A stretch of DNA of 64,000 bases from a virus, in IMG/VR virus record IMGVR_UViG_3300011102_000438, one strand, 5' to 3'. The translations under genes were made by a program, and so were the position numbers. Each line of letters starts with the position of its first letter. The first letter of the stretch is position 1. This document shows positions 1-10,909 of this stretch, piece after piece. A model generated the notes under the pieces. The model was not told the DNA's origin and searched no databases. It worked only from the letters and a program-made list of their open reading frames with translations.

Positions 1-556
1 CTGAATTGAGGCTATCTATACCCTTCTGTCTCCACTGTCGTGTACTTAACACAATCGTGTCCGCTTTCAATGGGTTTCCGCTTAATCCGTTTCCGGTAAG
101 GGTTGCATCCGTAGTAATACCTGTGAATTTAGGAATATACCCCACCAGCACGCTATCTCCATCCTTATAACTGTAAAGTGTGTCTGGGTTGGTACCGGAA
201 GCCGTGTAGATAACAATGCTGTCAAGGCTTAATGCTATTTCGCTGCGGATATTGCTTTTAGCTGTATCAACTCCGAAAGCAGTTGCATATATCAATGAAT
301 CGCCATACATGACACCATACCAGCGAAGCCCGTTATAATAATAAATTCGCTTATCACTCGAATTATAAACAAGCGCATTGGCTGTACCGGGAATGAATAA
401 AGTGTCCAACCGAATGGGAACTATAAGCGAACTATCTATTTTGAGTTGACCCCTTACTACAATCCTGTTGCCGGGACTACCTAAAAACTGTTCAGGCACC
501 TGACCGAATGCTGTTACTGAGCATAGTAAGATAAGTATAGAGAGAATATACCTCAT
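1..556 (-). CDS. Putative tail fibre/virion protein with N-terminal signal peptide (3' end runs off the window)
   Basis: ATG at 556 overlaps the stop of the upstream ORF (ATGA). Translates MRYILSILILLCSVTAFGQVPEQF... and stays open to position 1. Lies in the virion operon. Confidence 0.6.
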   Translation of the reverse strand, partial: MRYILSILILLCSVTAFGQVPEQFLGSPGNRIVVRGQLKIDSSLIVPIRLDTLFIPGTANALVYNSSDKRIYYYNGLRWYGVMYGDSLIYATAFGVDTAKSNIRSEIALSLDSIVIYTASGTNPDTLYSYKDGDSVLVGYIPKFTGITTDATLTGNGLSGNPLKADTIVLSTRQWRQKGIDSLNS

Positions 557-1803
557 ATTCCAAGAATTATGACAATGATTTTTTCGCCAGTGGAAAGCGC
601 AGGGTGAAACACAATTTGGTTGGAGGCGGTGGATGCCTTGGTAAAATAGCTGTCTCCGTCTCCGGGATTGTTGTTCATCTGCTGAAGGCCGTTGCGGATA
701 ACAATCACCCGTTCAATAGGAACATTTGCCAGACGAGCATCTGTAAGCGTTGTTTGTCCGTTAAAAGGAAAACTGTTGGAGCCATCCGTATCCACCACCC
801 ATGCAAGGGTTTCGGTTTCAGGCTTATTGGTTATGTCATCCCAGCTTACAGAACCACCGCTACCACCACCACACTGGAAGTCGTAGGCCGGAATCTCTTC
901 ACCAGTATTTTCGTAAACAGGATTAACATTATTGTTAAACAGTTTCAGGAGTTGATACAGGGTTTTGGTGAGGTTGGCGGTCTTATTATCGCATCCCAGC
1001 CTGCGAAAATCGTCATACAACGCACTGGCAAGTAAGTATCTTTTGGTGTAGGTAGTGGAAAGATTGCAATTTCCTTGCGCCGCATCCATTGTATTTTTTA
1101 GCTCAATCATAGAATCGTCCAGTTCGTCTATAGTAGGAGGAATTTGCGCATAATAAGTTGCCGCTTTAACCAGTTCGTCAATCAGTGTTACCCAATCATC
1201 CGGCGCTTCCAATTTATACTGCGGATTAACAGTAAGCGTAACATCATACTGCGAATCATAATAAGCCCCCTGATAAGCCAAATCAAATTCCAATTGTGAG
1301 CCGCTAATAGTACGGGGAGTGCCCTCTACGGTGTTTATTGCTGCTTCCCAGCTTCGGGTAATCGAATCGGTGGTCATGCCATCCTGATCGTAATCCGTTG
1401 CGTCTTCTACACTCAGGGAGGGAGTGAAAATGTCGAAGTTGGGGGCAAAGGAAAGAACCGGCTGGGAATAATTCAGGACAAAAGTTTTGGTCAGTGTTGT
1501 GTCGTCATAATCCGTATGGCGCAGGTAGTATTTTACGGTATAGCCACCATTCTGAAACCGGTTGGCGGTATTTAACCGAAGCTCCATTTCAGTTACTACT
1601 AAAGCACCGTTGTCCCAATAGATAGAGGGTGAAGCGAACGAACCCGACGCTACCGTTAGTCCGTCGGGTTGCGTTACTTCGAAATATCCTGTTAATCCCT
1701 GTGCTACTCCAATTGGATAATTACCAGTATCTGTTAACCGAAGTTCTGGCCCACGCTTATCAAGGATTGCGGAAAAATTTATATACGCTGACAGGTCTGC
1801 CAC
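553..1803 (-). CDS. Putative virion structural (tail-associated) protein
   Basis: 416 aa, rich in T/D/Y and beta-like segments; C-terminal VIRNGLQQ...IVFHPALSTGEKIIV segment like phage tail appendage domains; structural operon context. Confidence 0.55.
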   Translation of the reverse strand: MADLSAYINFSAILDKRGPELRLTDTGNYPIGVAQGLTGYFEVTQPDGLTVASGSFASPSIYWDNGALVVTEMELRLNTANRFQNGGYTVKYYLRHTDYDDTTLTKTFVLNYSQPVLSFAPNFDIFTPSLSVEDATDYDQDGMTTDSITRSWEAAINTVEGTPRTISGSQLEFDLAYQGAYYDSQYDVTLTVNPQYKLEAPDDWVTLIDELVKAATYYAQIPPTIDELDDSMIELKNTMDAAQGNCNLSTTYTKRYLLASALYDDFRRLGCDNKTANLTKTLYQLLKLFNNNVNPVYENTGEEIPAYDFQCGGGSGGSVSWDDITNKPETETLAWVVDTDGSNSFPFNGQTTLTDARLANVPIERVIVIRNGLQQMNNNPGDGDSYFTKASTASNQIVFHPALSTGEKIIVIILGI

Positions 1804-1887
1804 TTTTGAATTTTTAATGAGTTAATAAAAAGTGGCAACCGGGCCAAAGTCCGGTCGCGTTGAATCAAACCAAATTCGTATGGTCAA

Positions 1888-2796
1888 CTAAGCGACTTTA
1901 TGTGCTTTTACCAGCGCTTCAATACGTTTGTAGAGTTTTTCGCCCTGCTCTCCATTGCCGATCAGAAACTCCGCAAGCCGTCTGCTTACCGGTTCGTCAT
2001 TGTCTTGTTTACGGGGTAGAATAGCTATGAGTTCACCCGTATTGGCAAAGGTAATTTTGTCCTCTACCGGGTGGTGAATAATCAGTTGTTTGTCCAGCGC
2101 CCGTTTGGTAGTAGCACGCCACTTCAATGTACCGGAGTTGAACTCTTTTGTAAACTGATCGTGATGGTTTTCGGCAAACTCTTCCAGCCTGTTACGCAAC
2201 ACTTCAAGGTCTTCGGTTTCATTCCAGCCAAGCGCACTTATGAAATCTCTTACCTCATAATCCTTCATTGTTGCAGCAACATACACTGCTTCTGTTTTTT
2301 CCTTGCGTTTGGAGCGTGTCTCCTTGGCATGTTTGAGTTCATCAATGCGCACAAATAAACCTTTGCCTTGTTCCCCATAGGCCGACCCCTTATGGTAAGG
2401 GTGCAGTTCAAGATAGGCGCATAATTCCTTGTCCTCAGGCTGCGTCAGGTCAAGAACTAACAACCCGTTACTACGCTTCAGGAGTTGCACTTTACGGTAT
2501 TTCTCCGGTTCCCCTTTTTCGTTCAGGCGTTCTACCATACCGACCACTACCATTTTTTTACTATAGGGGTCGGTTATCCGAAAGGTTTTACGGGGTAGTG
2601 TCCAGATACCGGGGAATACCACTCCGTTTTTGCCTGGCTCCGGGTCCGGATGTTCGATAAAAAAACGGTAACGCACCTTGGGCCCGAAGGATTCAACTTT
2701 CTTATTCAGTTCTTCTCTGAACTGGTCTGAAAAGTTGTTGACATGCTTAACTGCTTCTAACATACTATTGGTTTGAAAGGTGAAAAGGCTGCGCAC
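1888..2796 (-). CDS. Conserved crAss-like hypothetical protein downstream of the major capsid gene
   Basis: 302 aa ORF directly after the MCP, same strand. Confidence 0.55.
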   Translation of the reverse strand: MRSLFTFQTNSMLEAVKHVNNFSDQFREELNKKVESFGPKVRYRFFIEHPDPEPGKNGVVFPGIWTLPRKTFRITDPYSKKMVVVGMVERLNEKGEPEKYRKVQLLKRSNGLLVLDLTQPEDKELCAYLELHPYHKGSAYGEQGKGLFVRIDELKHAKETRSKRKEKTEAVYVAATMKDYEVRDFISALGWNETEDLEVLRNRLEEFAENHHDQFTKEFNSGTLKWRATTKRALDKQLIIHHPVEDKITFANTGELIAILPRKQDNDEPVSRRLAEFLIGNGEQGEKLYKRIEALVKAHKVA

Positions 2797-2819
2797 AAAG
2801 TCGCAGCCTTATGAATAGC

Positions 2820-4169
2820 TTATACCCTGAAACGTTGGAAATGCTGTACGCCCAGGCACTCAAGACCCTGCGCAGAATACCATGAAGTCTTCAGGCTGGC
2901 CACTTCATCGGTCGGTACACCGGCCAGCATACCCGTACGTACTTCGGTGATGAGACCATCGGTAGCAATGTTAGCACCCGAACCGAGGAAAGGCGGTGCG
3001 GTGTGGCGAATCTGGATGCGAGGTTCCATACCACCACCTACGGTCTGTACCTGATCTTTGGGTACAAAGAAGAATGATTCGTTAATTACCGGGTTCAGGT
3101 TACCACCGAACAACTGCGGATGGTCAATGATTGGCAGTTTTACGAAGTCTATTTCTGCACCGGAATAACTCAGGTGATCTACTTCAAAATCTGCACTGCG
3201 GCCATCGAGATTCAGACGCACCGAGGTCACACCGGAAGAGCCGAGGTTCTTCACGAGTTTGTCAAAGGCGCGCTTGGGTTTTACGCCGTGGAAAGCCATC
3301 TGGTCGAGGGGAGCTTTAGCGGCAATCCAGTTATCAACTATATCATCGAGGTCAGTCAGTGCCAGTGTACCCGGGGTAGCGGCTTCATCAGTGATGCCAT
3401 AGGTAGATACATACCAGTTGAGGCCCCCCGTGGTTTGTACCGGCAGGTTATTGTTGCCTGCCAGGAAGGGGTTGGCATCATTGAACAGAGTATCGGACTT
3501 GACACCTGCAATAAACTGGGCGTTGATAGAACCCTTCATGTACACCAGTTTTTGCAGGGTTTGATAGGGCAGCATGTGATACTGACCGTCTATTTCAATT
3601 TCGATTTTCGCTACTTTTTGTACATCAGATATTTCGTCTTTTTCACGGAATATCTGGATGTTGTTGTAGTAGCGGGTCACACCATAGCGACGCGAAGTAG
3701 GAGCGTCTGATTTTTCGGGATAGGCGTTGGAAGGATAAGATATTTCATCCGCTACGTTCACATAGAAGGGTACGTTGTTAACCGTACGTACGGTGAGCGT
3801 AGCGGTACCAGAACCGTAGGTTACAGCCTGAACGCGGGCCTGAACGCCTTCGTTATTTGGGTTGCTGGAAAAAATCAGGTCGCCTTCGCGCGGGAACTGA
3901 GAACCGGTATTGACCGTGAACTGAACCTGGGCCAGACCGGTGGACGTTACAGAACTTACTTCTGAAGTTTCCCACACATTTTCGTTTACGAAATTGCTGT
4001 AGAAATACATCGTAGCAGGTTTGTAACGGCCGGTGAGTTTGAGAATATCTATCAAATCCCGGTCGCGGGCAACATCGTACAGCTTCGGGTCAATATCGCG
4101 CTGGTCGAGAAATTCTATTGCTGATACGAACGATTTAACCATCGTTCCTTGTGAAACTGACATTGTCAA
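2820..4169 (-). CDS. Major capsid protein (crAss-like, HK97 fold)
   Basis: 449 aa; NNIQIFREKDEISD and TTGGLNWY segments, C-terminal AQGLECLGVQHF; position after portal and scaffold; biased codon usage. Confidence 0.8.
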   Translation of the reverse strand: MTMSVSQGTMVKSFVSAIEFLDQRDIDPKLYDVARDRDLIDILKLTGRYKPATMYFYSNFVNENVWETSEVSSVTSTGLAQVQFTVNTGSQFPREGDLIFSSNPNNEGVQARVQAVTYGSGTATLTVRTVNNVPFYVNVADEISYPSNAYPEKSDAPTSRRYGVTRYYNNIQIFREKDEISDVQKVAKIEIEIDGQYHMLPYQTLQKLVYMKGSINAQFIAGVKSDTLFNDANPFLAGNNNLPVQTTGGLNWYVSTYGITDEAATPGTLALTDLDDIVDNWIAAKAPLDQMAFHGVKPKRAFDKLVKNLGSSGVTSVRLNLDGRSADFEVDHLSYSGAEIDFVKLPIIDHPQLFGGNLNPVINESFFFVPKDQVQTVGGGMEPRIQIRHTAPPFLGSGANIATDGLITEVRTGMLAGVPTDEVASLKTSWYSAQGLECLGVQHFQRFRV

Positions 4170-4258
4170 AAGATTTGTAAAGGGTTAATAAATAAGAGTG
4201 TCTGCCGGTTAATTTTTAACCGGTGTATTGTGCTACCCATACAATCTTTTCAGGTGAA

Positions 4259-5446
4259 TCAGCCGTTTACAATCCGCCCCATTTTAGCCAATGCTGCTGC
4301 CGGGGATGCCGGTCTGGTTGGACTGGCTGCAGGGGTAGCATCGGGTTGTTTGGCGTTTTCGAGCGGTTCGATAACTTGTTTGGCGCCGAGGGCAATCATT
4401 TTTTTGACGTGCTCGTCGAAGGCTTTCTTGAATCCATCATAATCCGTGAGGATAGCGGAAACCAGCATTTGTTTTTCGACATTTGGTTTATAGCTGTCCC
4501 CTTCTTTGACCGAAAGTGATTCAAAAAATTTACCACTGTCCCATAGTATTCCGGTCAATTCTTCAGGGTTGGCTATGTCGAGATTAAATGCTCTGTCTCC
4601 TTCACCAAGGGTTAATTTCCGGCTGGTGAGAATATTTTTTGTATATGGATTGTCTGTAATGGCCTGACGATACGACTGCATGAACTTTTCTGCCTCCTGC
4701 TGTGCAGGGTCAGGTTCAGCAGCCTTCGGCTCCGGTGGTGGTGGGAGTAAAAATTCCTGCTGGCTTTTGATCAACTCCTGACGGGCTTTTTCTGCATCGG
4801 CCTTCAGTAGTACTCTTGCGCGCTGCACTTCCTTATCGTCAGGATCATTGAGGTCGTCGTCCAATTTGTATTTGTCAACAACCATAGCCTCATACAGCAA
4901 CTCAAAGTCTTTACCGGTAATGTGGGGATATTCGCGCTGAAGCTGATGACGCATCACTTCTTCAGGGGACATCTGCGTGTAGTCGGTAGTGGCTGCTTTG
5001 AGATACGCTGTAACGTCTCCTTTGTTTTTCCATGTGTTCAGGAAGCCTACCATTTTTGGGTCGAGTTCCTGTAACTGCTGAAGCTGTTCTATTTGTTCCG
5101 GCTTCAGACTTTTGGCAAAGGATACCACCTTGTCATCGAACCCCAATTCCTTTAAGACTGTGTTGGGGTCTTGTTTAAGAACTTCACGCCAGTCGGGGAC
5201 TTTCGGCGGTTCCGGCTCCTTTACAGGTTCTTTGGCCGGTTCGCTTGCGGGTTCCACTGGCTCTTGCTTAGTTGACGCTGCAGGCTCTTGTACGGCAGTC
5301 GCCGGCGCGGGTGCCGGAGGAGCCATGCCATCGTGTACCAACCGCCCCCTGCTTGCCAGTAACGCTGCAGCACTCTGATGCTCAGTAGGTGCAGCAGGCT
5401 GATCGGGTGCGGCGCTGTCGTAGAACTTAATGGGTGAAAAACTCAT
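4259..5446 (-). CDS. Putative capsid scaffolding/assembly protein
   Basis: 395 aa with Pro/Glu-rich disordered N-terminus and helical core, immediately upstream of the MCP. Confidence 0.6.
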   Translation of the reverse strand: MSFSPIKFYDSAAPDQPAAPTEHQSAAALLASRGRLVHDGMAPPAPAPATAVQEPAASTKQEPVEPASEPAKEPVKEPEPPKVPDWREVLKQDPNTVLKELGFDDKVVSFAKSLKPEQIEQLQQLQELDPKMVGFLNTWKNKGDVTAYLKAATTDYTQMSPEEVMRHQLQREYPHITGKDFELLYEAMVVDKYKLDDDLNDPDDKEVQRARVLLKADAEKARQELIKSQQEFLLPPPPEPKAAEPDPAQQEAEKFMQSYRQAITDNPYTKNILTSRKLTLGEGDRAFNLDIANPEELTGILWDSGKFFESLSVKEGDSYKPNVEKQMLVSAILTDYDGFKKAFDEHVKKMIALGAKQVIEPLENAKQPDATPAASPTRPASPAAALAKMGRIVNG

Positions 5447-5493
5447 CTTGGTTTGATTTACAAAGTTATAGAATAATTTACTTTACAAAAAAA

Positions 5494-6000
5494 TTAAATT
5501 CTTCCGTATAACACCATGTTATCCAAAGTGTAATGGGTGTACGGATGCTTTCTCATATTCGGTTTGAGCAGGCGTTTATGGGCATTGTCCTGAATTTTTA
5601 CCTTCCCCTCGGCCACCAGTTCGGTAAGGAGTCCTTTAATATATCGGTGGTTTTCGCGGGCAGCCAGCGCCGGACTTTGATTGAAAGTGGGCCTGGTAAA
5701 CAGGCTCTTTAAGAACTCATTCATCCGTGCCCAACCTGGTTGCCGCGACAAGAACCAGACAATTCTTTCCTTCGGGTCTGCGGGTGCGTCTTCGGGTAAG
5801 ACCTTTGGGGGGTCTTGTTTAACAGTCTTTTGTTCGTCAGCCAATACTTGTTCAATTCTGGCTATTTTTTGAATCGTCTTGTCTGATGCGGTTGCAGCAG
5901 GTATTTCCGCCTTCGGGAGTTGAGTAGTTTCCGGTGCAACTGTTTCAGATACTACCGGATTGATCTGTTCAGTTTTAGGCTGTTGTTTCTTTGTTGCCAT
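5494..6000 (-). CDS. Hypothetical protein
   Basis: 168 aa ORF overlapping the portal stop, same operon. Confidence 0.6.
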   Translation of the reverse strand: MATKKQQPKTEQINPVVSETVAPETTQLPKAEIPAATASDKTIQKIARIEQVLADEQKTVKQDPPKVLPEDAPADPKERIVWFLSRQPGWARMNEFLKSLFTRPTFNQSPALAARENHRYIKGLLTELVAEGKVKIQDNAHKRLLKPNMRKHPYTHYTLDNMVLYGRI

Positions 6001-8296
6001 TGGTTTGTGATTTTAAAAGTTCTTTTTGGAGGTTGCCTTCGTTGGCGATTGCCTGTGCAGCGACTTTGGCTTCTGCAGTGACGGCGTTCATTTCGGCTTT
6101 GCCAGACAGTTCGAGTTGCTTCATGGCTAACTGGCCGCGTATTTTCAATTCTTCGAGTTGCATTTTCAGCATGTACTCCAACTGTAAGGTTTGTTGCTTG
6201 GCCTGTTCGGCGGCAGCAGCCGCTTGGGCAGCCCCTTCGTTGTTCATCTGGATTTTTTGCAGTTCCAGTTGCTGCATGGCTTCACGGGCTTTCTTCACCC
6301 GGTAGGCCAATATCATTTGCGCTTGTTTGACATTGTAGGTATTGAGAATATAAATAGCATCCGAAGTGTCCAGAATGCCCTGCGCCTGATCTTTCATAAT
6401 CTGCTGCAAGAGCAATTGTTTTTGATCTTCGGTAGTTTTTTCTTCCAGCATAATGCCATATTCCCTCAGAGATACATCGGGGGAAACCCGAATAAACTTC
6501 AGCGTGTTGGAGTTGAGCGCCGGGGCATATCCTTCCACGCCACCTCTTTTAACCCCTTGCTGGATACGTATCATAATGTCATTTGCCAGTTTTTCCATCA
6601 ACATAGTTTCGGCAAATGACAAGGGGAACAGGGCATCTTCGGTGCTAATGTCGGCTATCTCATATCCCGCCGTAAGCGTTTTCGGATTGGGATTGCCGGT
6701 AGTGATCTGATTGAAACCCGTAACAGCCTCTATCTGTTGCACGCACATGACCAAATCCCTGTACAACCCTTCCAGTTCTTGCGCAATGGCGTTCTGAATA
6801 GGAATAATTGGTTTGTAGTTTACGTTGTCGCCCATGATGTCTTTAGAACGTCCTACCATTACGCCGGTCTGGAAGAACATATCCAACAACTCCATTGGCT
6901 CCATGTTTTTACCGCCTTTGCTCAGGGCTACGTTTTCCAGTGCATCTAAATCAATCCACCAGCCGGACGGCACCATCCTGTTACGGAAATTCTGAATCTT
7001 GTAAATGGTCATCTGGTACTCATCAAGGATGGGTATTAGCCTGTCCATCATGCTTTGTGCCCGCATTTCATAGAAGTTATAGGCTACAAACTTGTAGGAC
7101 AACGTAGTCTCTGCGCGTTTCCTGGGGTTGGTGGTGCGCTTCATATTTTCCTTTAATCCAAAGTCATAGGCGTAATCCGTACCGATAATCCACTTGATTT
7201 TGTAGACAACTTTTACGCGCCTGCGCATGTATTTTTCAGGAACGGTTTTGCCCCGACCGTATTCCGCCCTTCTGACATCTACGAGTTCCCCTTTTTCATT
7301 GACGAACATTTTCCAGTTGTAGTCGTTCCATGAATAAAATTCAAGGTCAAGCACCTGCACTTTAAAGCGGTCATACCCTTTGTACAAAGCGCCATTCGGA
7401 CTAAGGAAACGGGGATTGCTGTACTGGCCGGCAAAGTTTTGTGCCAGTTGAGCCAACTGGTCATCAGTAAATACCCGGTTCCCATCTTCATCGGTCAGCG
7501 CCGCAAGGTCTACAAGGGGTACAGATATAACCTCACCACAATGAATCATATCCGAAAAGTCTTTCTTTTGTATGTAGTTGGTCACGACTGCGTCGGGGTC
7601 GACCCTGCGGAACTTGGGTTTGTTATCTTCGCCCAGCCACTCTTTATAACCAGCTACGCCCAAATCAAACAGGTCTTCAAAAATTTCTTTTCGGAATTGT
7701 TTGTCGTTGTTTTCGTATAACCCTAATTGTATGGCCTGTTCTGCATCTTTACTCCGGTTAAATTGTTCGCCAAAGTCTATGCGCATTTCCAGTTCTTCCA
7801 TATCCATTGGTTCACCCGGCTGCGCCTGGATCATAGGATGATTCGCCAATTCAGGGTTCATTTGCTGCAATTGCTGCCGAACGACAATACGTGGTTTCAT
7901 CTGGGCATACAACTGTTCCAGTTCGCTTTTGGCTGTAGGGTCTATAGGAGTAGCTACGATCCCATGTTCCTGTTTCATGAGCCGAGAAATAGCCCTGTCT
8001 CTGTAGGTAGAGATAATGGGACGTACCGACCAGTCAATGTTTAACCATGTCTGGTTCGTTTGTTGGTCTACGCCTAACCATTTTTTATACTGGTCAATAG
8101 GTTGTTTACCGAGCGCGTACAGGCGGTTTTTCTGATACGTACCATTATTATTCTGGAACATGGTTTTAGGGTAGGAGAATGTCCAGTCATGCCATGCGGC
8201 CTTGGCATATTGTTTACCCCATTCTATATTTTTTTTGGCCGGGTCAATATTGTGCCGCGGATAAGTATGTGTTTCGCTGTTTTGTGTCTGTATCAT
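5975..8296 (-). CDS. Portal protein (crAss-like)
   Basis: 773 aa; follows TerL with ATGA overlap; NIDWSVRPII, DLFDLGVAGYK and QIEAVTGFN segments; Q/A-rich coiled-coil C-terminal barrel. Confidence 0.85.
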   Translation of the reverse strand: MIQTQNSETHTYPRHNIDPAKKNIEWGKQYAKAAWHDWTFSYPKTMFQNNNGTYQKNRLYALGKQPIDQYKKWLGVDQQTNQTWLNIDWSVRPIISTYRDRAISRLMKQEHGIVATPIDPTAKSELEQLYAQMKPRIVVRQQLQQMNPELANHPMIQAQPGEPMDMEELEMRIDFGEQFNRSKDAEQAIQLGLYENNDKQFRKEIFEDLFDLGVAGYKEWLGEDNKPKFRRVDPDAVVTNYIQKKDFSDMIHCGEVISVPLVDLAALTDEDGNRVFTDDQLAQLAQNFAGQYSNPRFLSPNGALYKGYDRFKVQVLDLEFYSWNDYNWKMFVNEKGELVDVRRAEYGRGKTVPEKYMRRRVKVVYKIKWIIGTDYAYDFGLKENMKRTTNPRKRAETTLSYKFVAYNFYEMRAQSMMDRLIPILDEYQMTIYKIQNFRNRMVPSGWWIDLDALENVALSKGGKNMEPMELLDMFFQTGVMVGRSKDIMGDNVNYKPIIPIQNAIAQELEGLYRDLVMCVQQIEAVTGFNQITTGNPNPKTLTAGYEIADISTEDALFPLSFAETMLMEKLANDIMIRIQQGVKRGGVEGYAPALNSNTLKFIRVSPDVSLREYGIMLEEKTTEDQKQLLLQQIMKDQAQGILDTSDAIYILNTYNVKQAQMILAYRVKKAREAMQQLELQKIQMNNEGAAQAAAAAEQAKQQTLQLEYMLKMQLEELKIRGQLAMKQLELSGKAEMNAVTAEAKVAAQAIANEGNLQKELLKSQTNGNKETTA

Positions 8297-10317
8297 GCTG
8301 CGCTATAGGTTTTAAAGTACCGGGAAACATCTCTGGTGGCTTCCACCGTGCGTTGATAAAGTTTCTGCCGGACGGCTACCAGTGTAGCGCCGGCTGCCAT
8401 TGCCAGGTCGAATTTGGTCGTTGCTCCAATATCAAACTCCAACCATTCTTTGATCAGGTCTTTGAAGAAGACTTTTTCTATGTGTTCGTTGATATAGGCT
8501 TCTGTGTAATCAGCAAACAACTGGTGCGTTTTACCGTGACCATCCGAATAAATGCCATAATCATCTTCACCCGGTAGTTTCATAAGAAAGTTGGTGCAGT
8601 TGGCATCTCTGAAATGTTCTTTCCAGTTGTCTACGTTTCTTTCAAACAAAATCTGGCATCCGAAGTACCACGCCATTTTTAACATGTCTTCGTACTGCAA
8701 TCGGGTGGTATCGGCCCTATATTTATACTTGCAGACAAAAGCGTTGTTAAAAGGATTGCCCTTATCTAAGGGGTCATCCATTTTATAAACAAGCGCAGCG
8801 CCGTCCGATCTGCGGTTATCTTTTACCTTGTCATACTTAAACGGATCAGCGCCCATGCGGAACATAAACGTATTGTTCGGAAAGTAGTGATCGTTTCGTT
8901 TAATCACTTTGTTGGGTTCCAGCATCTTGAAACCCCTGCACAGTTCAAAACGACCGTTCTTGTCGGCACGCCAGATTACTTCCCCAAACCGTTCGCCGTC
9001 TTTCCATTCAAAAGAACCTCTTTCGGTGAGTTCTTTCCATGAAATGTTATCGAGTTGAATATTCAGTTTCATGGCATCATACAGGCATCGTTCGCCGTCA
9101 ACCATGAACATTTCCCCGACCGTAAAAGGATTCTTTTTGATTTCAGAAGATAACGCGCGGGGATTATCGGCCAACGCTTTGCGCGTATTGAGGTAAAAGG
9201 TTTTACCTTCTTCAATAAGCGGGAACCCATACTTGTCAAAATCATACATTTCGTAGGCCGGAATAAAGTATCGGTACAATCCGCTTTTCGTATGTCCGTT
9301 TTCGTCGCGTTCTAATGGATTACTGTCGCGCCACAATTGGAAAAAAGCTTCATTACCACTTTCCAGCAACTCCACTGTAGTGGTATAGAGCGCCTTGCCA
9401 ATCCAGTTTTTTCCTACCCGCAAACAGTACTTCACCACCTGATGCCGTTCGTAGACATTGACTATTTCAGTCTTGCCCACCTCATCACCCAAATACCGGT
9501 GAATTTTCCAGCCGTCATAGGCATATTTTTCGGAGGACTGGTAGTTGATAAAGGAGTTCAGGCCGAGGTCGTCTATGTTTTCCAACGATCGTTTGCCGCG
9601 TTTGGAACTTGTGGTAAACTTCAGTTCCTTTTCCGGATTAATACCCGCCGTTGTGTCAATTTCCGGACGGAAAAAATCCGGTATCCTTCTGAATGGCGTT
9701 ACAATCTTGCTTTTGAAAAGATTTTTAGCATCAATATCAGTTTTACTTTGTATCCCTCCAATAGCGTCATGGCTGCGGGATACGTAATCAAATACGAATA
9801 AGCCACCCCGGTAGGACTTACCTGAACGGCGGTTACTGGTTTCCAGTAGCCCCCCGCACCGATCATCCTGTATGCAATATTGTTCAACATAATAGCGTTT
9901 CCGGTCGGGTTCCCGATAACGGGGGTACCCATCATCGAGCGGCCACCAGTTCAGGTACATGTAATGTTCGCCGGTGATATACGTGGGCACCCCGTTATTA
10001 TAAAACCATACCCCATACAATCGTCGTTTCCATTCCTGTTCACGAAAGGCTTCCAATTCCGGGTCGTAATAGTCCGGATCGCGTTCCTGCATCTGCATTT
10101 CTATGCGCCGCTTCTTTGTCCAGTCTGCAGGCAGCGGAGTACGTTCCCAGAACTGCTCACTCTTTTTGGCGGAACGCTTGATTATATCCGTACGCTTAAT
10201 CTCTCCGGTTTCACTGTGGCATCCGTAACCTACAGGGGGTATCCAGCATTCGTAAACACCTCCTGTTTCTTCGGAGCCTATTACTTCAATTGTTCCTTTT
10301 TTGATCGGCCAAAACAT
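8293..10317 (-). CDS. terL: Terminase large subunit
   Basis: Walker A NRRSGKS, Walker B YLGDEVGK, coupling motif YTTT, RNase H-like nuclease motifs MGADPF and FDLAMAAG. Confidence 0.9.
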   Translation of the reverse strand: MFWPIKKGTIEVIGSEETGGVYECWIPPVGYGCHSETGEIKRTDIIKRSAKKSEQFWERTPLPADWTKKRRIEMQMQERDPDYYDPELEAFREQEWKRRLYGVWFYNNGVPTYITGEHYMYLNWWPLDDGYPRYREPDRKRYYVEQYCIQDDRCGGLLETSNRRSGKSYRGGLFVFDYVSRSHDAIGGIQSKTDIDAKNLFKSKIVTPFRRIPDFFRPEIDTTAGINPEKELKFTTSSKRGKRSLENIDDLGLNSFINYQSSEKYAYDGWKIHRYLGDEVGKTEIVNVYERHQVVKYCLRVGKNWIGKALYTTTVELLESGNEAFFQLWRDSNPLERDENGHTKSGLYRYFIPAYEMYDFDKYGFPLIEEGKTFYLNTRKALADNPRALSSEIKKNPFTVGEMFMVDGERCLYDAMKLNIQLDNISWKELTERGSFEWKDGERFGEVIWRADKNGRFELCRGFKMLEPNKVIKRNDHYFPNNTFMFRMGADPFKYDKVKDNRRSDGAALVYKMDDPLDKGNPFNNAFVCKYKYRADTTRLQYEDMLKMAWYFGCQILFERNVDNWKEHFRDANCTNFLMKLPGEDDYGIYSDGHGKTHQLFADYTEAYINEHIEKVFFKDLIKEWLEFDIGATTKFDLAMAAGATLVAVRQKLYQRTVEATRDVSRYFKTYSAA

Positions 10318-10319
10318 GA

Positions 10320-10907
10320 TTACGATTTTCCGTTGCTGGCAATTAACTCAGGTGAAATACGTTTTTTTACTTTCTTTTCCAGTACTTCATCGCCACCAAA
10401 AAACTGTTTATAGTATTGTTCCAGGCGCTTAATATCTTTATCTACGCCGTCCTTGATTACCTCTTTTTTCTGCACGGCATCCAACTCAATTTTAGAATTG
10501 TCCCCACTGATCGGACTAATGAGCTTATAAATGCTTTCCCAAAAACAATATTCGAGCGCAGCAATGACCGCCCATTCCTTGGATTTCCCGAACCGTTTTA
10601 GATATTCAAATACGAGTTTCGGGAAATAGTAATGTGTGTGGGTCTCTAATGCGGTTTGCAATCCTTCATCATGGATGCCGCACAACTCAAATGCCTTGGC
10701 ACGCCGGTATTTTAAATCCTTTTCATTCCTGATTAGAGGACTGTTTGGGTCATACATGACGATAAGAAACCGCAATATGTTATCAAGTTGTTGGTCTGCC
10801 CACAAAGCCTCGGGCACTATTTCACTTAGCCTGGGATAAACATCCAACAAACTGCCGTTGCATAGCGGGTTAAACACACATCCGTTAAAGTCTTTTTCTT
10901 TATACAT
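10320..10907 (-). CDS. Putative terminase small subunit
   Basis: 195 aa helical protein directly upstream of terL. Confidence 0.45.
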   Translation of the reverse strand: MYKEKDFNGCVFNPLCNGSLLDVYPRLSEIVPEALWADQQLDNILRFLIVMYDPNSPLIRNEKDLKYRRAKAFELCGIHDEGLQTALETHTHYYFPKLVFEYLKRFGKSKEWAVIAALEYCFWESIYKLISPISGDNSKIELDAVQKKEVIKDGVDKDIKRLEQYYKQFFGGDEVLEKKVKKRISPELIASNGKS

Positions 10908-10909
10908 AG

